A DNA stretch of 64,000 nt, from positions 143,656 through 207,655 of the IMG/VR virus record IMGVR_UViG_3300020474_000001; one strand, written 5' to 3'. Under the pieces are notes generated by a model that saw only the letters and a program-made list of their open reading frames with translations, was not told the DNA's origin and ran no database searches. Below are positions 21,566 to 32,800 of this stretch, in pieces (within the stretch, counting starts at the first letter, position 1; every line of letters starts with the position of its first letter). The translations under genes and the position numbers were made by a program.

Positions 21566-23119
21566 TTAGAATTGCAAAATTACCTTTATGTCTTCTTTTT
21601 GATTTTGTGATCTAGTAATAGATGGTCGATTATCTACATAGATGATATTTCCAGAATATTTTTTCACCTCTGGAGATGACAAACCATTAAAAAATTCTTG
21701 GCCAAGGTAATAGGTTCTATTATTTATTGACGTTGAAACACCGGAAAAACTGGGATCTATTTCCAAATTCTGACCAGAAGATGGAGTAATAGTTAAACTT
21801 CCACCAGACTCTGGAAGACTTGTGAACTCTAATGACTCAAACCCAAATTCTGGATTTACTACAGGATCTCCAGATGTAGTAAATCCAGAGGATGTTCTAT
21901 CCTGCCAATATTTTAAAACTCCAGTAACTTGATCATAATTAATTACTTTACCAACAGCGGTTAAACCAGTCCCAACTGTTTGAGTTACAATAGAATCTGA
22001 TGCAAAAGATGCAGAACTATAACCAATACCTGTAAGCTTAAGTGCATATACAGCACTTGCCTTATCCAAACTCAATATAGAATTATCAGTCTGCTTTGGA
22101 TTTTCTACAATTCCTACTCTAGCTATTTGATTTCCAGTTACAAAATCTGGGTTTGACGAATCATTATCAATTCTAGAATATAAGAGTACATTATACGCTC
22201 CAAGTTCTCTGTAAATATCTGCACCATGTCCTCCTTGTGGAGACATGATTACATCAAACTCTGGATTGACTGTTCCCTCAGGTACTAGTCCTGCAGTTAA
22301 ATCAACAGTTCCAAAAGTATAATTTGATCCCTGATTTGAAATAGTTATAGATTCTACCCTTCTATCATTATTTGTAATGATAGTACACTCAGCACCTTCT
22401 CCGTCACCTTTAATTGGAACTCTAGTATACTCCGTTCCACCTATAGGACCAACACCTTCTCCACGATTTAAAATAACAGATGTTTTTATTGAACCATCAA
22501 TGGCGTTATCTCTAACGGATGCATTATCTGTACTCGTACTCCAATCATCAGGAACTGGGATAAAATCTGTAGACTCGAATTTAATAATATCATTTGGTTT
22601 AATACTATAAAGATATTTCCAAATATAACCATCACCACTACTTCCAGCAGCTCTTGGTTCTAAATCCTTAAACAATGGTTCATCTAATGATGGTTTTCCA
22701 TTTAGATTGTCTGGACTTGTTCCATTTTGCAAACAAATATAAACACTATATTCACTGTTTATAATATAAAAAGATGATGTGTATAAGTTAGTTGCACCAG
22801 AAATTTTAGCAGTATTTGATCTACTATAATCATGCCTGTACATGTCATAAGTTGTTCCAGAATTCCACAGTCTTCTTATAACAACCTGCCTCACATCTGA
22901 AGAGTTTATTTTCTTCAAAGCAATCATAGTATCCCAATAATTGTTTTCTTCATCAAAACTATCTTTTGGTGAAGGTGGGCTTACATTCCAGTCTGACTGA
23001 AAATCAGTAGCATTTGGAAGACCAATAAATGAATAATATGAATTATCTGAAGACTTTACTTCGTTTACAAAATTCTTTGCATTTAAAATTCTAATTTGAT
23101 CTGTAATTATTGCAGCCAT
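21566..23119 (-). CDS. gp8: Baseplate wedge subunit
   Basis: WDTMIALKKI, GDGYIWKYLY and YSGNIIYVDNR...QKEDIKVILQF motifs. Confidence 0.92.
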   Translation of the reverse strand: MAAIITDQIRILNAKNFVNEVKSSDNSYYSFIGLPNATDFQSDWNVSPPSPKDSFDEENNYWDTMIALKKINSSDVRQVVIRRLWNSGTTYDMYRHDYSRSNTAKISGATNLYTSSFYIINSEYSVYICLQNGTSPDNLNGKPSLDEPLFKDLEPRAAGSSGDGYIWKYLYSIKPNDIIKFESTDFIPVPDDWSTSTDNASVRDNAIDGSIKTSVILNRGEGVGPIGGTEYTRVPIKGDGEGAECTIITNNDRRVESITISNQGSNYTFGTVDLTAGLVPEGTVNPEFDVIMSPQGGHGADIYRELGAYNVLLYSRIDNDSSNPDFVTGNQIARVGIVENPKQTDNSILSLDKASAVYALKLTGIGYSSASFASDSIVTQTVGTGLTAVGKVINYDQVTGVLKYWQDRTSSGFTTSGDPVVNPEFGFESLEFTSLPESGGSLTITPSSGQNLEIDPSFSGVSTSINNRTYYLGQEFFNGLSSPEVKKYSGNIIYVDNRPSITRSQNQKEDIKVILQF

Positions 23120-23165
23120 TAGACAAAGTTTTTTATTTATTTATTATACTAATCGACTGGTTTTT

Positions 23166-23864
23166 TTAGAAGGTATACTTAAAGTAGTCGATGTCTTTTT
23201 CAAAAAGTTTTGCCACAACTTTTTTATTGTAGTCAGAGTAAACTTCTTTGTATTTATCTGCCTTGTTTACTCTATTCAAATACTGGTTTTTAATACATAT
23301 CTTCCCGTCAGTCTCTTCCTTAATTCTGGTTATAGCCCTATCTATCTCTTCTACCTTATAAATGTAATCGGCAATTATATTGCCTTCACGATCCTCAAAC
23401 CAATCTAACTGACACTTTGTTTTCAATGGATGTATGCAAGTATCACTAGAAAAACTGAGTCTATCTATGAACATAGAAAATGTCATTTCATCCCGACAAC
23501 CTACTCCTTCTCTGCGAGTGTATAAAGAATATACTCTTGCCCAAGGATTTCTCACTGATCCAAATTTATACATCTCGTCGAATATTTTCTGCGAAGCTAT
23601 CCGAAGGTCTTCATCTGATGGGTGAAAATCTGATGTTGGGTGACTTGAATTTGTACCAAGATTGCATCTAAGGAGATATGGATATATTATATCCCTGAGT
23701 TGATTTAAAGTTAGATGTGGATTTGGTATAAAATTTTTGCCATTACTTGCCAATTGGTCTCTAATTGATGTTGTACCTGTTTTAGGGATCGCTACAAAAA
23801 TACAATTCAAGTGTATATTGATTGCTTCATTTATACTATTGAATTCTTTACAAAAAAACTTCAT
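23166..23864 (-). CDS. Sulfotransferase family protein (Sulfotransfer_2-like)
   Basis: 5'-PSB loop FVAIPKTGTTSIR and 3'-PB motif FGSVRNPWARVYSLY. Confidence 0.85.
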   Translation of the reverse strand: MKFFCKEFNSINEAINIHLNCIFVAIPKTGTTSIRDQLASNGKNFIPNPHLTLNQLRDIIYPYLLRCNLGTNSSHPTSDFHPSDEDLRIASQKIFDEMYKFGSVRNPWARVYSLYTRREGVGCRDEMTFSMFIDRLSFSSDTCIHPLKTKCQLDWFEDREGNIIADYIYKVEEIDRAITRIKEETDGKICIKNQYLNRVNKADKYKEVYSDYNKKVVAKLFEKDIDYFKYTF

Positions 23865-23884
23865 AATACAATATTTATTAATAT

Positions 23885-26800
23885 TTATTGCAAATAATTA
23901 ATATATTGTAGAGGGATAGATCTTCTTATTACTGTAGATGAAGATATGCCAACATATCCATTTAAGGATGATGGATCATATGTGTTCTGTTTTGTTCTTT
24001 CTTTCAAAATAATTTTACCCCAACTAAAAGACCCCAGATATCCTGAAGAAACTAAATCACCTGAATATACTGTTGGTGCCGTAGTACTATCAAAGCGATT
24101 TATTCTGCAAGAAACTCTTTTAAGTGTAGTTTGGACACCATCAATATTTCTAGAAATTATTTCAGCATCTTCTACAAAAAATGTAGAATCGATAAAGCTT
24201 GTAGTCATACCAACTATATTAAAGTTAGTATCATATGAGATCAAAGGAACTAAACTTGATTCTGGAGTTATTAATGATGAACTTATTGTAAAATAATCCC
24301 CCGAAGATAATTGACTGACAGTAACTGCTGTTCCAACTAAAGACTCATCTCTCATAATAGAATCATCCGGTATCTGTAAATCAAATATCATTCTATTATG
24401 GGGATCAGTTGTTACGGCGAACCCAACAACAACACCAAAATCTCCAGAATATTGTTCAACCTTACAATTCTCAGTTTTTACTTCAGTTTGTGACAGAAGA
24501 GTTATTTCATTTTGGAACGATGTGTCTTTATCATTCTCACTGACGTTGTCAAATGCAGGTCTCAGCGTATCAGCATAAATTATAGTTTGACCAACACCAA
24601 CAGGATTTATTAAATATGATACTGGGTTTATAGAAGGTTCATAAAGTTCTCTATCTTTACCAACCTCTTGATCATTAATTATTTTATCTTCAGTTTGTTT
24701 GGTCCATATTACTGGTCTTAATAAATCTTCATTACTGACGTTTCCTGGTCCAAAATATGCATTGGTGTTAATAATATTTGTTGACTCTACACTTTCAGCA
24801 ATTCTTGTATCTTCCTTTAGGTGAGAATTTTGACCAACAGATGGATCGTTTATTATTTGAATCTCATCTCCTCTTTTAACCGTTTCAATAATATTTCTCT
24901 TTATAACATCAATATTCCCACTTCCTCTGTAGAATAAAATCTCTACAGTATCTCCAAGTTCTAGAGGCTCTGTAAATGTTATGAGACTTCCTCCAGAGAA
25001 TATATATCCTTCTCCAGGTATTTGCAGGATATTATTTACAAATACAATCAATACATTCTGAACATCAACACTCGATCCTTCACCAGATATAATTGATTGT
25101 GATATATTGGATTTTGTTAATGGGAAAATTTTTCTAGTTCCGTCAATAAACTTTTCAATATTATCCAACAATACCAATTCCCCCAATGACCATGCACTAA
25201 ACTTATCTGTGACAGTTCTATCTACTGTTATGATAAATTCTTGGAATCCTGTTGTAGTAGGTATGCCAACAGAAGATCCAGATGGCAATGTCAATACTTC
25301 ACCAATTTCATATCCATATCCAGAATTTGTTAAAGTAAAATCAATTACCTTAGAATCATTTCCAACAATAATATCAGCAACTGCACCTGTCCCTATACCA
25401 GATCCAGAAGATGTTGAAGAGTATACTAATGGAATATTGTTATAACTCAATGGAGCATCTACAATAATTTTTGGTGGAGTTGTGGAAGTGTAACCACTAC
25501 CTGGATTAGTAACAACATAATCAGTTACATGTCCATCTAATACGTTTGCACTTCCAACTACTTCAATATCATTAAAGTCATTATATACAGATACATTGAC
25601 TGTTTGTATTCCAGATCTGTAACCAGATCCAGTATTTCCAACAGAAATAGATTCTATTGTTCCATCAGAAGCAATTCCAGCAGAACCTCCAGCAGTAACT
25701 AATGGTTGATAACCAAATCCCTGTGATGAACCAACAGAAATTATAGATCCACCTCTTGGAATTGATATCGTATTGTCTCCAGAATCGTCAAATGTGATCG
25801 TAGATATTCCCAAATTTTGATCGAGACTGTAGTTTACAGAATCTGGATATTGGAATATATCATTAATTAGAAGAATTGGATTGGGAATATCACTTACATT
25901 AGACGAATCATGTTTTAAAGTGAACTGGTTGTTTATAGTATTGAATTGATGTGAGATATCATCAAATACATAATTCTTATTATATGTTTCCTCAGAGGTA
26001 TTTGGAATTCCAGATCTTAAGAATACTCTACCATTGAAATTTGAACTTGTAGATATTCCTGTCCAATCTCTATCTTCTGGATCATTTGTTGGAGAACCTA
26101 TGGGAACTCTTCCATATGGAGCTTCGGCAAAGTTAATCTTATTATCAACAATATTATAATTTCCACCCACTTTCCTTATATCTGCACCAGATGTATGTGA
26201 ATAAATTCCAGTACCTAATTGAGATCTTCTAACGCGAATAGCATTTGTTGTTCCGACCCCAATACTGTCAACCAACATAACCTCATCATTTATTTGAATC
26301 AATTCTCCTCCAAATAATCCACTTACATCATTTACAAGGACTTTATCATCAGTTATAAGTATATCTCTTACACTAGTTTTATTCAATGTTGTTGAGAATA
26401 TTGGCGATTGAATAACGTTATCAATTGTAACTAAAACTTTAGAATTTTGGTTATTAGATGTTAATTTATGGTCAGAACCAATACCCACGTTTGCGAATCT
26501 AATAAACTCTGGAGTTCCTTTTAACGCATTCTCTGGGGTAGAAGCTAATTTTATAACATTATTTGTGACTTTAATTGCAAATACACTAGATGGCAATCTA
26601 TTAGTCACACCAATACCAACAAAATCTGTTGGTTCAATTTCTATAGACTCAAATACACTATTACTTTCTCCTGAAGCATTTGAATTATATGTTAGTGATT
26701 CTCCAGTAACAAAGAAATGATTTTGCAAGTTTATACTGTGATTAGATACATCGACTACAGATGAATCTTCCCCACTGAATATATTCTCAAAAATAGGAGA

Positions 26801-29800
26801 TCCTCCATTTGTCATATCAAATGATTTTTTGATGTCAGCGTGAGTTCCTTCATAAGATCCAGAAAAACTGCTAACCAATCCATCAATTGCATCCAAGTTA
26901 GTTTTGCTCTCATCTGAGATGTTTATCGCAGTCATGAAAACATTTGCATGAACATCAATATTTTGAATTGGTGTAAAAATTAATTGAGTTTTGTAAGAAG
27001 TGTCAAATATTATTCTAGAACTTATTGTCCCAACAGTTTCTCCATTAGATATGATTCCATATTGAGTTTGATATGTGTCATATGTTGGTACTTCCTCTTG
27101 ATAGGTATCAACTAGTATTATTTCGGAAAATTCTACAGTATTATTTGTAGTATCTGAAATCTGAACTATGAAATATGCCGCATCATATCCATCTGAAGAT
27201 TGATACTCAGCAATAACTTCTGGTTGTGGAGATGCAGATGCTGCTATTGATGTTGTTTTTGATTCTACTCTACCGAACTTCAAATCTGAAAATCCATTAT
27301 CAGTTGAGCTAAAATCTTTTAATGCAATTACAAGAGAATTGGCAACACCAGAATTTATAGTAATATTTTGATTTGGTGTAAAATCTATTTTTATTTTAGA
27401 ATCTTCAGTATACGCACGATATGTCCCAAATCCAACAGAACTAGTTACCTGAAGATCTGTTGATATCTTTGTGCTTTCTAAAATATGAATATCTGAACCT
27501 ATCTTGACGATATTCATTTCAGTAACTTCAAATTCTTGATTTTCGCTTGGATCTGGATCAATTTCCACAAGAATTTTAAATGAAGTATAGGTGTCATCTA
27601 TTTCAAAGATGGTAGTTGTTTCTTCTTCTTCAATACTCTCTGTAGAAGTCGTCAATAATGCTCCACCTATCTCACCAGTACCTGTTGATTGAAGTGTTTC
27701 ATCTAAATTGAAAGAAACTGCTGTTATATCGTAATTGTTTATCTCAGTTTTGTTTGGATAAAATAGCAAAAGTCCCCTATCACCGAAAACTGAATAATCA
27801 AAAGATCCCAAATCGTATGCGGTTTCAACTCTTGCATATTGATTCATATATGCATCGGAACCATCATGCAAAAGGTCTACGACCATCAATTGCCTCTGCT
27901 GTGTGAATCTTTTATCTTTTACATATGTTAAATATTTTCCAAATCTTCTTTCTGAAAATACAAATGGTGCTATCTCACTAAACTCATCTGCTCTTGGATT
28001 GCTATTAAATTCTTCAGATATATTGTCAATTTCTAATACTCTATTTCCAACTGATTCAAAATAATCTCCTAAGATTTTACTATTAAATACTATCTTCGTA
28101 GAAGCACCGTCTATATTATTTTCAGATGCCAAATCAAAGTCAAATACAGAATTCAAATTACATTTGCCAATTAAATTATTAATTTGCTCAAATGTTCCTG
28201 TAGATAGACCGACAATCATAGAGTTTGGGTTTTCTACAAAAGACTCCAATTGATAATCTGAGAATTTCTTAAATCCTGTCGTATGTGCTAGAGGAGATAC
28301 ATCATCATTCCAAGTATCATAATCTACTCTTGATCTAACAGAGTATGAAAACTTTTGGTAGTAGTCACTATCTTGAATTTTTTGCAGATTATTGTTTAAA
28401 AATCCAGATTCCGTTTTCGAGCTTGTTTTAACACTTAAAGAAGAGTTTAAAGGCAAATATGGACTTATTCTAATAGACTCTGTAACTATCCCTTCAGCTT
28501 TGGATGAAATTCCTTTAACTGAAGATCCAACCTCATAATCATCACTTGATGATATGTGCATAACACCAGTTTCCGAGTCCCAATACTCAATAGTTCCAGA
28601 GTGATCTTTTCCTCTTATATTTTCATGTAATTTATAGGTTTCTTTTGTTAAAAAATCACTTTTCCTAAGTGTAGTTGAAAATACTGGAAAATATGACTCT
28701 GGTATTAATTTTCCAAAAGATCTAGTATCATCAAATTGTCCAATAGTATCGCCAATTTCTATAAGATCGGATATATTGTATGTTACTGATCCGTATAAAC
28801 TAGATCCAATATTTTCTACTGTAGATATTGCTTCAAATAAAGTATAATTGTAATCTTTGGAATTGAATCCACGTCCAGAAGTTTTATTGATTACATTTTC
28901 TATTAAAAATCTATCTCCAACTTTTACTGGAAAAGATTCGGTGTCACTATACTGAACATTTAAAGAAACTGTAACATCATTAGTTGCTTCATTATATGAT
29001 ATTGTACTAATTCCGACTCCATTGCTATTTTGGGTGGGAATTATTATTGGTTCAGAATTGCTAAGTCTGGTTGTATTTTTTAATACCTCTATAGAAGAAT
29101 TTTCCAAGTCATAATTTAAATCTAAGTCATCAATAACTTCATTTCTGGTGGAATCTTTAACGATCAACTTAGGGGCAACTAAATAAGGTTTTCCATTTGA
29201 TGAAATTGATATTGAGTCGATAGTGTATAGTGGATCAACCTTTAATATTTGAGTTAAACATGCAGTTGGTCTAAGAGTCTCGTCAGAAGGATAACTTTTC
29301 TTTACACTTGAAATCCTTACACTATTAACTTTTCCTATAGAATTACTTAATGGTTCTAAAACAGCATTTTCACCAAGCTGACTATCTATTGATGAAATTT
29401 TAGGAAGTTTTCTATAATTTTTCCCTTTGTTAGATACAAAAATTTTAGAAATTGGTCCAGAAGCTGTTAATGACGTTGTCGCATAGTTTATATCAGAAAT
29501 ATCTGGATCATAACTTTCACTTTCTACAATTTTTTTAGTATTAAATTTAAATGATTTTTCTGACAATACCTCTATATTATAAACTCCATTATAATTACTA
29601 TCCTTAACAATTATCGAAGAAGAATCTAATAATTCGTCGTCTACAAAAAGTTCAAGTTTGGATTCTGGAGGAATATTCTCAATTATTGGGTCAAGTCTAT
29701 AATATAAAAATTTAGGTGTTTCATCGCTTATTGACAATGTCACTTTGGCATCAGAATCTATTCCTGGTCTTCCTACTCTATTTGCATTCAAAATAGATTC

Positions 29801-32800
29801 TTGCCAAATCATTTCATAATCCCTATCAAGATAGAAATTCAGTTCAAATGCAGAATATCTTACAGATTGTCTTAAATATGAAAGAGATGGATCTGACATA
29901 TCAAATATTAATGTAGAATCTTTGTAAATACTTAATTTTGGATTTACAGATCCAATCTCGCCAGAAGAAGATGTTAAAATACTTACGATTTTGTGAGATA
30001 GTGAATTGTTGTAAGTATCTGATAATTTTATAGTATCACTATCAACAAATACTACATAATAAATCTGGTTATTCAACAATCCATCAGAAGGATTTGATGA
30101 AGTGTATATGATCTTATCCCCTGTGAATAATCCATGATTTGAAATTGTAATCGAACTCATCTGAGTGTCTACATCTCCTTGATCGAATGACTTTTTATCT
30201 AAGATCATTCTTCTAGTATCATCATTATATGAAATAATATGTGTAAATGATTCTTTTGGATTTACAGAAAGAACAATCCCATCTTCTGCTGATAACTCGT
30301 GATTTTCTACAGTATTAATATAGATTTCATTTTTTGAGATATTTCCGATCAAATTATCATATGTTGTCTCAAAACTGTGGTAAATCCCAGTCCCAACATC
30401 ATTGAAAAATAGCGTTCTAGACGCTTCAGAATCGCTTGTAATGCCCACAAAAGAACCTTCAGATCCTATCCCTACCTTAACGGTAGATATGCCGATTAGA
30501 TCCTCAGAAATTCTAGCAACATAGAGATTTTGGTTGTTGCTTAAAGTAAATCCAATACCGACATTTTCTTCTGATACGATAATACCTGTACCAGAATTTA
30601 TTTTATACTTAACTAGATCTCCAGTTCTTAATCCATGATCTTTAAGATATATTGATTTAGTTGGGATATACAAAGAACCATCATCAGTGCTAATCGTCGT
30701 GCCGATTCCAATACCAGAAATAGTTCCAATTCCAATCGATTGAACTGGATTGAAATATATTTCTTTATTCTGCTGGCTTATATAATTTTCCTTAGATTTG
30801 ATTTTTAATCTTCTGGGAATTTCAGATAATCTGGAAAATATTGTATGGGAATCTCCAGATGTCCCATCAAATTCTCTTAAGACCCTAATATAAGATTGAG
30901 TCTTATTGATATTCAATACCTTTACTTTTTCCGAGTCAATTTGGTAAATATCATTTTCTTTCACTTCAGATAATGCATTGTTTCCCAATACTTTAAAGAT
31001 TGTGACAATACCAGTCTGACCAGAATCTTGAATAGATTCAGATATTCTTAAATTTATTGGATTTACACTTGCAATATATGTTCCTTCAAGATTAAAATTT
31101 GAAGAAATTCCAGAAATATTAATTATATCATTATTTCCCAAATCATGTGGTGTATTGGAAGTTATGAGGTATGTATCTTTTTGATTTAAAGATGATACTT
31201 CAACATTATCGGATTGAACTGTTTCAAATCTTATGGATTCTACAGATTTTCCTTTAACATGAGAAACTCTTCCTGATGCATTTGATCCACCACTATCAAC
31301 ATCATTAAATAATACTCTATCATTAACCTTATAATAGTCTCCAGGATTTTTTACAATAATAGAATCGAGTTCTCCCGGTTTAATAGATTCTATTACCAGT
31401 CTTTGTGAATTATCACTTGGTACATCAAGATAATCGTAATTCTTTCCAGAATTACTTAAATTGTACGGTTTTGTATTTCTAGCCCAACTCTTATTAAAAT
31501 TGAAATGGTTCTGATTTGAATTTCTTTCGAAGTTGAATTTTATTGGACTACTTTGATAGAAGTTTCCAATCAAATATGGGAATTCTGGTTTTTTGTATTT
31601 AATAAATGGTCCAGAAGATTCTACCGTAGTTGGATTTAGTGTTGCAAAGTAGGCATAAGTCCCATTTGGGAAATCTGGAGTTATACAAAATCTTCCATTA
31701 TTTGGATCTAGAATATCTTCGCTACTTGAGTTTACATAATCATAGTCTTCTACAAAAAATCCTTCTGGAAATATAGATGTTGGTGGTCTCCCCTGTTTTA
31801 TATTCAGTTTATATCCAGATTTCATTTGAGTGATACTACCTCTACCATCTTTTTTGGAATATGCATATGGTCCATAAATTGGATTGCCATCATATGCCCA
31901 ACCAATGATTGGAGAGTGATTTATTGAAGATACTTCAATATTATTTGATTTCCTTAAATCTTTTTTCCCATATAATTTTTCTCCGTTAGAATCTATAGAA
32001 TGTATAGTCTCCCTCAGACCTCTTGGAGCATATATGTAAGAAGATTGCAGACCTTTACTGGAATCAACTCCATTAGAAAGAACAGTATCGTCAAATTCTA
32101 CATTTGATATATTTTTTTCAAAAAGGTTGACACTCCAGGATTTTACTATTGGATTTAAATTTGCATCCTGTCCCGAAGGTTCAATATTTACAAAAGTTTC
32201 TTGAGTAAATCCAAATCCACCACTTATTACATTAATATCTCGTAAAAATCCGTTCTCAATTATAGGAGTTAAAACTGCACCTGTACCATTACCTATAATT
32301 ATCAAATCTGGTGGAGAGGTATACCCACTACCCTGATTCAATATGACTACATCTACAATTTCTCCGTTGTTTACTACTGTTTTTGCTTGAGCATTGACAC
32401 CAAAGTTAAATTCAACAATTGGATCTCTATTATAATTGATTATCTCAGAAGATCCATATCCAACACCTCCAGAAGATACATGTACTCCTGAAATTTCTCC
32501 TCTGAAAATAGGTTGAACAACAACTTCAAATGTTTCTCCACCAATAGAAGAAATACCAACTTTACTTATGATGTCTACTCTAATTTTTTGGTAATTAAAT
32601 ATGCTAATGCCACTGCCTTTTGAACTCAGATTTACATACTTTCCTTCAATGTAGTTTTTCTGTTCATCATCACTTTCACTAACTTCAGATAACTTAAACT
32701 CGTCATCATTTAACTTTTTCACGTAATATTCTTTACTTAATTCCAATCCACCAATAGTACTTCCAGTTGATGAAACATATTCTACTATTTCCCCAGATTC

